This document shows positions 39,742-50,153 of a DNA stretch of 53,510 bases, piece by piece. The stretch is from an uncultured Spirochaetaceae bacterium (GTDB taxonomy: Bacteria; Myxococcota_A; UBA9160; UBA4427): NCBI GenBank assembly GCA_964457385.1, contig CAYWGW010000004.1, positions 1 to 53,510 of the forward strand, given 5' to 3'. The notes below the pieces were generated by a model, which saw only the letters and a list, made by a program, of their open reading frames with translations, had not been told where the DNA came from and searched no databases. Made by a program: the position numbers and the translations under genes. Every line of letters begins with the position of its first letter. Position 1 is the stretch's first letter.

Positions 39742-40743
39742 ATGCAATCCGAGCGAACGGACGACGAGGCGATGCCCGAGGAACGCTCGAGCTCGAAGTC
39801 GTCATCATCGACGTCGGACCCGAACGCGGACGCGTCGCGCGCGAAATGGCGTAGCGATCTCGTAACGCGGCTCGGGACCGCCGCGGTGCTGATCCCCTTC
39901 GTGATCTGGGCCATCGTGCAGGGTGGTCTCGTCTACCTGGCGATCGTGATCGGCATCGGCCTGCTCGCCCAGCACGAGTTCTACGGCCTCATCGAGGACA
40001 AGGGCGCGCGGCCGCTTCGCGGCGTGGGGATGGCCTTCGGGGCCGCCGTGATCGTCGTGGCCCACTTCGGGAACGAATATCACGCGATGCTGCTGATGAC
40101 GGCGTCGGTGCTCTCGGTGATGGTCGCCCAGCTCGGCAAGAACGAGATCACGGAGGCGATGGCCAGCATCTCCGGAACCTTCTTCGGGGTCTTCTACGTC
40201 GGCTGGCTACTGAGTCACGCGGTGCTGCTGCGCAAGATCGACCTGGCTGCCACCTCCCATCAGGATCCGGCCTTCCTCGTCACCGCCCATCTCTCCCCCG
40301 ACAGCGGCATCTTCTTCATGATCTTCACGCTCGTGACGATCGTCGGCAGCGACGCGGGGGCCTACTTCACCGGGCGCGCCTGGGGGCGGCATGCCCTGGC
40401 CCCGATGATCAGCCCGAACAAGAGCGTCGAGGGCGCTCTGGGTGGCATCGTCTTTGGCGTGACCTGCGGACTTGGGACCAAGCTCGTGTTCGATCTCTTC
40501 TGGGGTGACCTGTCGGCGGCGCTGCCCTGGAGCGTGGCGCTGCTCTTCGGGATCCTCCTTTGTGCCGTCGGGATCGTCGGAGATCTGGTGGAGTCGCTGC
40601 TCAAGCGCGACGCGGAGGTGAAGGATACCGGAGCCCTGCTGCCGGGGATGGGCGGCGTGCTCGATCGGATCGACGCGCCGCTGCTCGGGCTGCCGACGAT
40701 GTACTACCTGATGCTCGCCTATCTCTGGGCACTGTCGGCTTAG
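39742..40743 (+). CDS. cdsA: Phosphatidate cytidylyltransferase
   Basis: Multiple TM helices, SDAGAY, SPNKSVEG, GDLVESLLKR...KDTG.LLPGMGGVLDRID. Confidence 0.93.
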   Translation: MQSERTDDEAMPEERSSSKSSSSTSDPNADASRAKWRSDLVTRLGTAAVLIPFVIWAIVQGGLVYLAIVIGIGLLAQHEFYGLIEDKGARPLRGVGMAFGAAVIVVAHFGNEYHAMLLMTASVLSVMVAQLGKNEITEAMASISGTFFGVFYVGWLLSHAVLLRKIDLAATSHQDPAFLVTAHLSPDSGIFFMIFTLVTIVGSDAGAYFTGRAWGRHALAPMISPNKSVEGALGGIVFGVTCGLGTKLVFDLFWGDLSAALPWSVALLFGILLCAVGIVGDLVESLLKRDAEVKDTGALLPGMGGVLDRIDAPLLGLPTMYYLMLAYLWALSA

Positions 40744-42992
40744 GCTACGCCCGTCCAGCTGTTCGTGTCCTGGGGGCCCTGCGCCGGTCGGACCTCCACG
40801 GGAATCCCCGTGAGCCGCGACATTCCGGAAATCGCCTCGACGGCCGAGGGACCGCTCTCGGCGAGCACGTTCACGTTGACCCCCGTCGTACGGCTGGCGA
40901 CCGAGAGGCCACGGGCATGCTGGTGGCCCCAGCCGTGGGGGATGGCGACGGTTCCCGGCTGCAGCTCTTCGTGGAGATGCACGGGAATCCGGAGGGCGCC
41001 GGCGCTCGAGACGACGTCGGCCAGCTCGCCGTGGCGCAGGCCCGCGGCCTTGGCGTCTTCCGGATGCATGTAGAGGTGGTTGGTGTTGCGCGTTCCCGCG
41101 ACGAAGCTCTCCTCGTTGTGGGTCCAGGAGTTATGCGTCTTCACGTGTCGCCGCGTGATGAGCTTCAGCCGACCCGGATGGCGGCGTTCTTCGGCGAAGT
41201 CGCGCTCGAGTCGGGCAGAGGCCTGGGCGAGCAGCTCCGGTGGCGCCAGGGCCAGCCGGCCGTCGGGAGTTGCGACCTTCTTGCCGAGGAAGACCCCGCC
41301 GCGCTGCGGCGCGAGTCGGCGGCCGTGGGGCTCGCGGAGAAGCTGGCGGAAACGGCCGTGGCCCGTGAGCCGGAGGATCAGACTCAGCAGCCCTTCGAGC
41401 GGCAGGGAGCGCGGGCGACCGGGCCGATCCGAGCCGTGCCAGCGCAGGCTCCACTCGAGCAGCCGCTGCACGATTCTCGAGCCGAATAGCGGCGCCTCGC
41501 AGGCGCGTGCGAGCTCGACGTAGATCGTGGCCTCGTCGCGTTGCTCGGCATCGGGCAACTGGACGGGGCGGGTCGCCTGCAGATAGGGATGGGATTGCAT
41601 GCCCATCAGGAGCGGAAAGGCGAAGGGCAGATCCGGGCGCTCGAAGGGCGTCGTCGCGGGCAGCATGTAGTGGGCGAGGGTACCCGTCTCGTTCGGCAGG
41701 ATGTCGAGGGTGACGAGCAGCTCGAGATCCTCGAAGGCGCATTTCAGGCGCTCGGCGCCGGCCATCGTGATCAGGGGATTGCCGCCGGTCACGAAGAGCG
41801 CCCGCAGCTGGCCGTCACCGGGCGTGAGGATCTCGTCCGCCAGGATGCCCCCCGGAAAGGCGTCGTTCACGGAGGCGAAGCCCCCGATCCGGGAGCGATC
41901 CGTGCGCAGACCGAAGCCCGAGCGCGCGCCGAGCTTCGCGAAGTCCAGGATCCCGCGACCGATGAGGGTGCCGCCCTTCCGATCGAGGTTGCCGGAGACG
42001 GCGTTGATCACCTCCTGGAGCCAGAAGGCGAGCGCCCCGTTTCCGCCCATGTTGACGCCCGTCGAGCTGTAGATGGCAGCGCCGTCCGCCTCGCGGTAGC
42101 TGTGCACCATCTCGCGCAGGGTTTCGGCGGGGATGCGCGTGGCGGCGGCGGTCCGCTCCGGAGTCCACGCCGCGGCCAACGCGCGGATCTCTTCCCAGCC
42201 GTTCGTATGCTCGCGGATCACCCGCTCGTCGATCCCATCACTCGCGATCAACTCGTTCAGGAACGCCAGGTAGAGGTAGACGTCCATGCCCGGCCGGATG
42301 GGGACGTGGGTTCCGGCGGTCTTCGCGGTCTCCGTGCGTCGGGGATCCACCACCCAGAGTCGGCCGCCGCGCGCTTCGATCTCCCGCAGTCGCTTCCCGG
42401 GATTCGGAACCTGCAGGAAGCTCCATTTCGAGACGACCGGGTTCGCCCCGACGATGATCAGACAGCCGATGTGATCGAGATCGGGAAAGGGCTGGGTGAA
42501 GGGGAAGCCGTAGAGCTGCCGTGCGACGGCGAATTTGTTGCTGCAGTCCTGGGTCGCCGACGCGTACATGCTCTTCGAGCCGAGGCCGTTCATGAATCCC
42601 TGGGCGAAGATCGGATGCAGCAGGCTGAAGCCCGCCGCCGTCCCGACGTACATGCCGATCGAGTCCGGGCCGCGGTCGCGGCGGAGCTGCCGGACCTTCG
42701 TACCGATCTCGCTGAGGGCCTGATCCCAGGAGATCCGCTCGAAGCGATCCCCCACACGCTTCATCGGATGGCGGAGGCGATCGGGCGAGTCGTAGAGACG
42801 ATGCTGCTTCAGGCCCTTCACGCAGGCGAAGCCGGCGGTCTCCACGTGGGCCTCGTCGGGGCGGATCGTCTCGATGGCGCCCGACGGCCCGATCTCGACC
42901 TCGAGACCGCAGAGGGACTCGCAGATCCGGCAGAAGGTATGATGGGTCCGGGTCGCGCCGCCGATCTCGCGGGCGTCGTTGGGGCTGTGCAT
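40740..42992 (-). CDS. Molybdopterin-dependent oxidoreductase catalytic subunit (DMSOR superfamily) with N-terminal [4Fe-4S] cluster
   Basis: CRICESLCG...CVKG, GANPVVS, DPRRTETA, GGNP and a C-terminal molybdopterin-binding domain (HPEDA, PHGWGH, GVNVN); no Tat motif. Confidence 0.9.
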   Translation of the reverse strand: MHSPNDAREIGGATRTHHTFCRICESLCGLEVEIGPSGAIETIRPDEAHVETAGFACVKGLKQHRLYDSPDRLRHPMKRVGDRFERISWDQALSEIGTKVRQLRRDRGPDSIGMYVGTAAGFSLLHPIFAQGFMNGLGSKSMYASATQDCSNKFAVARQLYGFPFTQPFPDLDHIGCLIIVGANPVVSKWSFLQVPNPGKRLREIEARGGRLWVVDPRRTETAKTAGTHVPIRPGMDVYLYLAFLNELIASDGIDERVIREHTNGWEEIRALAAAWTPERTAAATRIPAETLREMVHSYREADGAAIYSSTGVNMGGNGALAFWLQEVINAVSGNLDRKGGTLIGRGILDFAKLGARSGFGLRTDRSRIGGFASVNDAFPGGILADEILTPGDGQLRALFVTGGNPLITMAGAERLKCAFEDLELLVTLDILPNETGTLAHYMLPATTPFERPDLPFAFPLLMGMQSHPYLQATRPVQLPDAEQRDEATIYVELARACEAPLFGSRIVQRLLEWSLRWHGSDRPGRPRSLPLEGLLSLILRLTGHGRFRQLLREPHGRRLAPQRGGVFLGKKVATPDGRLALAPPELLAQASARLERDFAEERRHPGRLKLITRRHVKTHNSWTHNEESFVAGTRNTNHLYMHPEDAKAAGLRHGELADVVSSAGALRIPVHLHEELQPGTVAIPHGWGHQHARGLSVASRTTGVNVNVLAESGPSAVEAISGMSRLTGIPVEVRPAQGPQDTNSWTGVA

Positions 42993-43018
42993 CAGAGGCG
43001 TGGTCTCCCCGTGTCCCT

Positions 43019-43044
43019 TGGTGTTCCCTGATGGTGTTCCCTGG
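43019..43044. repeat. Intergenic 13-bp tandem repeat TGGTGTTCCCTG(A/G) x2
   Basis: Copies start at 43019 and 43032, upstream of the Mo-enzyme start. Confidence 0.8.
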
Positions 43045-43059
43045 CGTCATCTGGGCCGT

Positions 43060-44043
43060 CTAGGCTAGCCCTTCGCGCCCGGCGAGCCCGAGATTCCGTC
43101 GGATCCGGGGCAGCGGCGCGTCGAAATCCGGCTGGAAATCGCGGCCGCTCAGCTGCTCGAAGGCGTCGATGTAGCGCGCGGCGGCCTCGACGCGGACCGC
43201 CTCCGGGAGGGCGGGCGGGGGGCCTTCTCCCTTGTAGCCCTGCTCGCCGAGCCAGAGGCGCACGTACTCCTTGTCGATCGCGGCCGGGGATCCCCCGTCG
43301 CGCAGGGCCTGCTCGTAGCCGTCGATGCGCCAGTAGCGCGAGGAGTCGGGCGTATGGATCTCGTCGATCACGACGATCTCGCCGCGGGCATCGAGGCCCA
43401 TCTCGTATTTCGTGTCCGCCAGGATGAGGCCTTGCTCCGCGGCGAAGCGTTGACCCTCGGCGAAGAGCTGCTGCGCGATCGCGTGGGCCCGGTCGTAGAG
43501 CGATTCGCTGATGACGCCGCTTTCGATCAGCTCTTCGCGGGAGGTGGGCTGATCGTGTCCACCCTGCGCGGCCTTCGTCGTCGGCGTGAGGATCGGCGCG
43601 GGCAGCTTCTCGTGATGGCGCAGGCCCTCGGGCAGGGTATGCCCACAGTAGCGTCGGGCGCCCCGGGCATAGGCGGTCCAGATCGACGTAGAACTCGAGC
43701 CGGTGAGATAGCCGCGCATCACGAACTCGACCGGCAGGGGCTCGCATTCCTCGACGATCGAGACGCTGGGATCGGGAACGGCGATCAGGTGGTTGCGTGC
43801 GATCGACTTCGTCCGCTCGAACCAGAAGGCGGCCATCTGGTTCAGGACCTGGCCCTTCAGCGGAATCGTGCCGACCACCACGTCGAAGCAGCTCACCCGA
43901 TCCGAGACGACGATCGTCCGGCGTCCGGCCTGCACATAGCTGTCCCGGACCTTGCCCACGACCCGTTCGCCGAGTCCTTCGAAGGCCGTCTCGGCAAGGG
44001 TCTGGCTGCAAAGGGCACGCAGGCGCTCTCGATCGACGGCCAC
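43060..44043 (-). CDS. purC: Phosphoribosylaminoimidazole-succinocarboxamide (SAICAR) synthase
   Basis: GKVRDSY, SDRVSCFD, EFVMRGYLTGS, TPTTKA, DTKYE, DEIHTPDSSRYW, DKEYVR; GTG start after GGGAG. Confidence 0.96.
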   Translation of the reverse strand: MAVDRERLRALCSQTLAETAFEGLGERVVGKVRDSYVQAGRRTIVVSDRVSCFDVVVGTIPLKGQVLNQMAAFWFERTKSIARNHLIAVPDPSVSIVEECEPLPVEFVMRGYLTGSSSTSIWTAYARGARRYCGHTLPEGLRHHEKLPAPILTPTTKAAQGGHDQPTSREELIESGVISESLYDRAHAIAQQLFAEGQRFAAEQGLILADTKYEMGLDARGEIVVIDEIHTPDSSRYWRIDGYEQALRDGGSPAAIDKEYVRLWLGEQGYKGEGPPPALPEAVRVEAAARYIDAFEQLSGRDFQPDFDAPLPRIRRNLGLAGREGLA

Positions 44044-44298
44044 GGCTCTCGACTCCCGGCTCGCGCCCGCTGGCTCGACGGCCTCGGACGGAGCGTCGTG
44101 GCGCGCGTTCGCTCGCCGGGGAGGCGGGGGCCGAATCGAGCGCAGTTGCTGGAGCGCCCATTTAAGCCCTCGGGATCGGATGGAGCAAGCGCCGGGGTGC
44201 GGGAACCGGTGCGATTGACCCGGTCGGGTCCGGTGCCTACCCTGCCGGCCGTCGGCGCTTCGTGGCCCGGAGGGCACGCGGAGCCCACGGAGCCCACG

Positions 44299-45813
44299 AT
44301 GCCCCACGACCTTCTGCCTCCTTCCAGTCGTCCATTCGATCGCCTGAGCCCGGAAGAGCTGCGGGCGCTCGATCAGGCCCATCGCGCCGACCGCTTCCAC
44401 GACGAATGCGGCGTCTTCGGCGTGCACGGCGACGACGAGGCATCCCACCTGACCTACCTCGGTCTCTACGCCCTGCAACATCGCGGTCAGGAGAGCTGCG
44501 GGATCGTCGCCTCGAATGGACGGGAGCACATCGCCCACCGCGCCATGGGACTCGTGGCCGACACCTTCGGCGCCGAGATCCTGGACCAGCTGAAGGGACG
44601 CCACGCGATCGGTCACGTCCGCTACTCGACGGCGGGGGGCAGCATGCTCCGGAACGCCCAGCCGATCTGTGCCAATACCGATGGTGGTCCCGTCTCGATC
44701 GCACATAACGGCAATCTCGTGAATGCCGGCGTGATCCGACGCGAGCTCGAGGGTCGCGGCGCGATCTTCGGCTCGACCTCCGACAGCGAGGTGCTCCTCC
44801 ACCTGCTGGCCCGGTCGCGGGAAGCCCAGATGGAGGACCGCTTCATCGACGCCATCTCGCGGGTGAAGGGGGCGTTCTCGATCGTGCTGCTGACCGACGA
44901 CGCCCTGATCGCTGCCCGGGATCCCCACGGATTCCGACCGCTCTCGATCGGTCGCAAGGACGGCGCCTACGTGCTCTCGAGCGAGACCTGCGCTCTCGAC
45001 CTGATCGGAGCGACTCACGAAAGGGACGTCGAGCCGGGAGAGGTGGTCGTGATCCGGCGCGGCCGGCTGCGCAGCATCCGACCGCTGGCCCGGGACGCGA
45101 AGGAGCATTTCTGCATCTTCGAACACATCTACTTCGCTCGGCCCGACTCCAACCTCGTCGGGTACAACGTCTACGCCTACCGCAAGGAGCTCGGCCGCGT
45201 GCTCGCCCAGGAGCACGACGTGGCCGCCGACATGGTGACGCCGGTGCTCGACTCCGGTAGCGCGGCGGCGCTCGGCTACGCGGAGGCGTCGGGTATCCCG
45301 TACGAGACCGCCCTGATCCGGAACCACTACGTGAGTCGGAGCTTCATCGAGCCCACCCAGACGATCCGTGACTTCAAGGTCCGTGTGAAGCACAACGCCA
45401 TCCGGGGCTTTCTCGAAGGCAAGCGGATGGTGCTGGTGGACGACTCGATCGTGCGGGGGACGACGCTCGTGAAGATCGTCGGCATGTTGCGCGCAGCGGG
45501 CGCCCGTGAGGTCCACGTGCGGATCTCGTCGCCCCCGACGATCGGTCCCTGCCACTACGGCATCGATACGCCGACCCGCGAGGAGCTGATTGCCCATCAC
45601 CACACGGTGGACGAGATCCGAGATCAGATCGGCGCCGACAGCCTCGGCTATCTCTCGATCGAGGGTCTGCGCGCGACGGCGGCGAAGGAGCTGAAGCGGG
45701 GTGTTTGCGATGCCTGCTTCTCGGATGAATACCCGATCGAGATCGATCCCGCGCAGTCTGCACCGCAGCTCTCGCTGTTCCGGGCCGTGAAGGAAGACGA
45801 CACCTCGTTCTGA
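44299..45813 (+). CDS. purF: Amidophosphoribosyltransferase
   Basis: Propeptide followed by ECGVFG, QHRGQE, HVRYSTAG, HNGNL, CIFEHIYFARPDS, VDDSIVRGTT, CHYGID, CDAC. Confidence 0.97.
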   Translation: MPHDLLPPSSRPFDRLSPEELRALDQAHRADRFHDECGVFGVHGDDEASHLTYLGLYALQHRGQESCGIVASNGREHIAHRAMGLVADTFGAEILDQLKGRHAIGHVRYSTAGGSMLRNAQPICANTDGGPVSIAHNGNLVNAGVIRRELEGRGAIFGSTSDSEVLLHLLARSREAQMEDRFIDAISRVKGAFSIVLLTDDALIAARDPHGFRPLSIGRKDGAYVLSSETCALDLIGATHERDVEPGEVVVIRRGRLRSIRPLARDAKEHFCIFEHIYFARPDSNLVGYNVYAYRKELGRVLAQEHDVAADMVTPVLDSGSAAALGYAEASGIPYETALIRNHYVSRSFIEPTQTIRDFKVRVKHNAIRGFLEGKRMVLVDDSIVRGTTLVKIVGMLRAAGAREVHVRISSPPTIGPCHYGIDTPTREELIAHHHTVDEIRDQIGADSLGYLSIEGLRATAAKELKRGVCDACFSDEYPIEIDPAQSAPQLSLFRAVKEDDTSF

Positions 45814-46090
45814 GCCGGACCCCGCAGATCGGATCGTTCCCTTCGGGACCCGTGGGGTCTGAGAAGCCCGCGTCTCATCGTCGATGGAAGCCCCGGAAGC
45901 CATTGCGTCGATCGTCGACCTGCTTCGATTTCGAGAATGCAGTCGGGATCGCGAGAGGCTTGGGAGGAGCGGCCCATCGACCGATGAAATGCTCAACCCA
46001 ACGTCCAGACGCTCCTGCGAGCGCGGCTGGACGGTTCGCCCGGGCGTCCTCCCTCGAGGATTTCCGTCGGGCGGGATCGGATGGTGGAGC

Positions 46091-47413
46091 TTGCATCGAG
46101 AGCGTCTGCACGTCCAGTTCGATTCGCCGGAATCGCTGCGCGGCGAGTTCGAGAAGAACATCGCCAACCGGGGGCTCTTCGTCGCGACCGCGGAGCCCTA
46201 TGCGGTGCGTCAGCCCGTCGCGGTGGAGATCGAGCTGGTCTATCTCGAAGGATCGGGCGGCGCCGACTGTCCGGGTGGCGTACTCGAGCTCGATGGGGAA
46301 GTGGTGCATCGGATTCCGCCGGAGATGGCGGGCAACGGCGTCGTGTCGGGAGTGGCGATCCAGCTCGACGACTCGGCGCAGGCATTGCGGGAGCGGTTCG
46401 CGCCGCTGCTCGGAAAGCGCGCCGTACGCGAGATCGACACGGACCGCGATGGGGCCCGGCGCCGCAGCGCGCGACGCAATGCCGTGCGGGTTCCCGTTCG
46501 CGTGATGCCGTCGACGCGAGAGCCCTTCGAGGCGACCAGCCGCGACCTCAGCCGGACGGGCATCCTGCTTTCCCTACGGGACGAACGGCTGTCGGTCGGC
46601 GAGAGCCTTCGGATCTGTCTCTGGCATCCGAGTGGCGAGCCCTCCGTCGTGATCGACGGTGTGGTGGCGCGCGAGGTGCGGAATCGAAACGGACGGGTGG
46701 CAGCAGCCGCCGTCGCCTTCGATTCCAGCCAGCTGCGGGATCCCGACGTTCGTAGCGTGATCGATGCGCTCCGGGAGGCCGGACTTCGCAGTCAGCTCGG
46801 CGGCATCCGCGGCTCCCTGGCGGATCTGGGACTCGCGAACCTGCTCCAGATGTTTGGCACCTCGGCGCCTCAGGGCACGATCGTGGTCGAGCACGACGGC
46901 GAACAGGGCTGCATCGCCTTCGCCGAAGGCCAGCTCCTGCTCGCCGAGCTCGGCCTGCTCGAGGGGCGCGACGCATTGGTGGCGATGCTCGATTGGGCAG
47001 ACGGACGTTTCGAGTTCCAGGCCCGCGCCGACGAGAAGCTGATGGCCGACGCCGACCGGCGACCGCTGGCCGGCGCGTTGCTCGATGCGCTCTGTCTGCT
47101 CGACGAACGGGAGCGCGATGGGGAGAAGGAAGAGGCGTTCACATCGCCTCAGGCCGAAGAAACGATCGTCTTCGGCGCGGAGGGCGTCTTCGGCCCAGGG
47201 ACTGAGCTCGACCCCCACACCACCTTCGACATCGACCCGGAACAGCAGGACCGCGCCGGAGATCTCCTGGACAAGACGCAGGAGGCGTTGATCGATCTCG
47301 CCCGGTCGGGGATGAGCTTCGGCCGCATGATGGAAGTGATCCCCGAGAGCGGGGACGTCACTCAGTCGGCGCTGGAGCGACTCGTCGAGCTCGGCGTCCT
47401 GCTTCCACGCTGA
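46091..47413 (+). CDS. PilZ-PilZ-DUF4388 (PATAN-like) domain protein
   Basis: NIANRGLFV (PilZ 1), RRNAVR...DLSRTG (PilZ 2), GSLADLGLANLLQM...WADGRFEF (DUF4388). Start uncertain between 45884 and 46091. Confidence 0.8.
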   Translation: MHRERLHVQFDSPESLRGEFEKNIANRGLFVATAEPYAVRQPVAVEIELVYLEGSGGADCPGGVLELDGEVVHRIPPEMAGNGVVSGVAIQLDDSAQALRERFAPLLGKRAVREIDTDRDGARRRSARRNAVRVPVRVMPSTREPFEATSRDLSRTGILLSLRDERLSVGESLRICLWHPSGEPSVVIDGVVAREVRNRNGRVAAAAVAFDSSQLRDPDVRSVIDALREAGLRSQLGGIRGSLADLGLANLLQMFGTSAPQGTIVVEHDGEQGCIAFAEGQLLLAELGLLEGRDALVAMLDWADGRFEFQARADEKLMADADRRPLAGALLDALCLLDERERDGEKEEAFTSPQAEETIVFGAEGVFGPGTELDPHTTFDIDPEQQDRAGDLLDKTQEALIDLARSGMSFGRMMEVIPESGDVTQSALERLVELGVLLPR

Positions 47414-48426
47414 CGCCGTCGGTAGAACAGGACGCCGCCCAGCAGGCCGAGAAGCGCCCCTGCTGCGACGCCGGAAACGATCCGATCCGCTCGCAGCAGT
47501 CCGCCCGACGACCGTTCGTCCCGATCCTGCTCGCTCTCGCAGTCGGGATCGTGGGGGAAGTCGACGCGCCCATCGCCGTCGTCGTCTTCCTCGTTTGCGC
47601 AGGCGGGTCGCGCCCAGCGAAGGATCTCGCCGCGGTAGGCCGTGAGGTCGAGGACGAAGGTCTGGTCGCCGAAAGTCGCCGTCTGGGCGGGGCTGCCGAC
47701 GCGGCTGGTGACCGAGATCATCATGCCCGCCAGCTCCCAGCCATGCGCGCGGCGGACGAAGACACCGCCACCCGAGTCGCCGGTCGCCGCGTGGGCCTCG
47801 AATCGGGTGGCCTCCGGATCGCCGACGCCATCGAATCGCAGCACGAAGGTCCTGGAGAGGGAGGTTCGATGGGGCACCCAGCGTCCCACGCCGAGCACGC
47901 GATTCGTGCCCCAATGCTTGCGTCCCTCCGAGCTCCAGCGGAAGCCCGTTCGCTCTCCGGCCTCCTCGTCGCTCCAGCGAACGGAGACTCCGCCCGCCCG
48001 CCCGAAGCCGATCAGCACGACCTCCTCACCAGGCTGCACGGGTGTCCGCGCGATCGGGATCAGCGGCGTTTTCGGCAGCCGCGCCGAGCGGTCGAGTTCG
48101 AAGAGTACGCCGTCCGCGATCGAGCCGTCGACGTTGAGCAGGACGTGCCTCGATGCCGGCTCGGGCGAGACGACCTCACCACCGAGGAGGATCTGGCCCG
48201 GACCGACATGAGCTGCGGTGAGGGCCCAGCCGGCGCCGAGATAGATCACGCTCGGCCCCGCATAACGCCGCTGCGTGACCTGCTCCCAGTAGGGGAAGCC
48301 GGGGGGCACTGCGGCTTCGGGCTTCGTCTCGGCGCCGGCGAAGACGAGCGCCTGCCCCGAGCCCGGAGCCAGGAGGCCCGCGGCGAGCAGGCCCAGGACG
48401 ATCGTGCCCAGGGCCCGGGAGGCCAA
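47362..48426 (-). CDS. Secreted/membrane-anchored trypsin-like (S1) serine protease
   Basis: LTAAHV, ADGVLF and GDSGGG catalytic triad. Signal-like N-terminus, [19 protein letters not shown] motif, then C-terminal TM helix and RRR. Start uncertain (TTG 48426). Confidence 0.8.
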   Translation of the reverse strand: MASRALGTIVLGLLAAGLLAPGSGQALVFAGAETKPEAAVPPGFPYWEQVTQRRYAGPSVIYLGAGWALTAAHVGPGQILLGGEVVSPEPASRHVLLNVDGSIADGVLFELDRSARLPKTPLIPIARTPVQPGEEVVLIGFGRAGGVSVRWSDEEAGERTGFRWSSEGRKHWGTNRVLGVGRWVPHRTSLSRTFVLRFDGVGDPEATRFEAHAATGDSGGGVFVRRAHGWELAGMMISVTSRVGSPAQTATFGDQTFVLDLTAYRGEILRWARPACANEEDDDGDGRVDFPHDPDCESEQDRDERSSGGLLRADRIVSGVAAGALLGLLGGVLFYRRRQRGSRTPSSTSRSSAD

Positions 48427-48491
48427 GAATGGTTCCGCGGCGCCTCGCTGCCACGGACGGAATGCCCGCCTCCCGGGGCGCTTCGGCGGAG

Positions 48492-50153
48492 CTAGCTCGG
48501 ACTGATCCAGGGGTTGTCTCCGCGGCGGATCAGCGTGTCCCGACCGAATCGCTCGTCGTCGCGGTCCGGATGATCGAGGTTGTAGTGCAGGCCGCGGCTC
48601 TCCTTGCGGGTGGCGGCAGAGCGGATCACGACCTCGGCCACGGTGGCCAGGTTGCGCAGCTCCAGCAGCTCCGAAGTGACGCGGAAGTTCCAGTAGTACT
48701 CGTTTATCTCCTCGCGAAGCATCTCGACGCGGTGGAGCGCTCTCGACAGACGTCGGTCGCTGCGGACGATGCCGACGTAGTTCCACATGAAGCGACGGAT
48801 CTCGTCCCAATTCTGGGTGATGACGACGGCTTCGTGAATCGGCGTGGCCTCGCCATGACGCCAGGCGGGGACGTCGCCGGGAGGCTCGACCTCCTCGAGG
48901 CGGGCGATCGATGCATCGGCGGCCGCGTCGGCGAAGACGATGGCCTCGAGCAGGGAATTCGACGCCAGGCGGTTGGCCCCGTGCAGTCCCGTGGAGGCGA
49001 CCTCGCCGGCGGCGAAGAGGTTGGGGAGATCCGTCTCTCCTCTCCGATTCGTCCGAACCCCGCCGCAGCAGTAATGGGCCGCGGGTACGACCGGGATCGG
49101 ATCGCGCGTGATGTCGATCCCGTATTTCAGGCAGCGCTCGAAGATCGTCGGGAAGCGGCCGCGGACGAAGGCGGGGTCCTTGTGCGTGATGTCGAGCTCG
49201 ACGTAGTCGTCGCCGGTGCGCTTCAGCTCGCTGTCGATCGCCCGGGCCACGATGTCCCGCGGCGCCAGGTCCTGCATCTCGTGGTAGTCGACCATGAAGG
49301 CCGTGCCATCGCGCCTGCGAAGGACTCCACCCTCGCCGCGAACGGCCTCGGTGATCAGGAAGGATTTCGCCTGGGGGTTGTAGAGGCAGGTCGGATGGAA
49401 TTGCATGAACTCCATGTTGGCGAGGGTGGCGCCTGCCCGGAAGGCCATGCCCATGCCATCGCCAGAGGCCACGTCGGGATTGCTCGTGTAGAGATAGACC
49501 TTGCCAGCGCCACCCGTGGCCACGAGGGTGATGGGAGCCTTGAAGACGTGGACCGCGCCGGTCGTCTCCTCGAGTACGTAGGCGCCCAGCGCGCGATTGG
49601 TCTCGGTCCGGCCGGCCTTGTAGGAGGTCACGACGTCGATCGCGCAGTGGTCCTCGAAGAGTCGGATGCGGGGGTGGGCTCGGGCGCGGGCCAGCAGGGA
49701 CCGCTCGATTTCGCGTCCGGTCGCGTCCCGTCGATGCAGGATGCGGCGTCGGGAATGTCCGCCCTCGCGGCCGAGATCGAAGTCCGCATGGTCCGTGTCG
49801 GGTCGGCGATCGAATTCCACGCCGTTCTTGCGGAGGGCGTCGATCGCGGCCGGGCCCCGCTCGACGACGTGGCGGACCACGTCTTCGCGACAGAGCCCCG
49901 CACCCGCACTCAGCGTATCGGCGACATGGGCTTCGAAGGAGTCCTCCGGGCCGACGACGGCGGCAATGCCGCCCTGAGCCCAGTCGGTCGCGGAGTCGCT
50001 GGCCCCGCGCTTGGTCACGATCGCCACCTCACCGACGTCGGCGACGCGCAGGGCGTAGTGGAGACCAGCCAGGCCCGAGCCGATCACGAGGAAGTCGAAG
50101 GCCAACATCTTCCCCGCGACGGCCGGAGCCGTCGTGGCCGTATTGGAGGCCAT
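48492..50153 (-). CDS. nadB: L-aspartate oxidase
   Basis: [56 protein letters not shown]. Confidence 0.96.
   Translation of the reverse strand: MASNTATTAPAVAGKMLAFDFLVIGSGLAGLHYALRVADVGEVAIVTKRGASDSATDWAQGGIAAVVGPEDSFEAHVADTLSAGAGLCREDVVRHVVERGPAAIDALRKNGVEFDRRPDTDHADFDLGREGGHSRRRILHRRDATGREIERSLLARARAHPRIRLFEDHCAIDVVTSYKAGRTETNRALGAYVLEETTGAVHVFKAPITLVATGGAGKVYLYTSNPDVASGDGMGMAFRAGATLANMEFMQFHPTCLYNPQAKSFLITEAVRGEGGVLRRRDGTAFMVDYHEMQDLAPRDIVARAIDSELKRTGDDYVELDITHKDPAFVRGRFPTIFERCLKYGIDITRDPIPVVPAAHYCCGGVRTNRRGETDLPNLFAAGEVASTGLHGANRLASNSLLEAIVFADAAADASIARLEEVEPPGDVPAWRHGEATPIHEAVVITQNWDEIRRFMWNYVGIVRSDRRLSRALHRVEMLREEINEYYWNFRVTSELLELRNLATVAEVVIRSAATRKESRGLHYNLDHPDRDDERFGRDTLIRRGDNPWISPS

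Noticed and set aside
43060-46167. 1035-aa ORF ending in PurC and 819-aa ORF ending in PurF
   Set aside because: The N-terminal parts are mirror frames of the opposite gene. Homology begins at 44043 (purC) and 44299 (purF).
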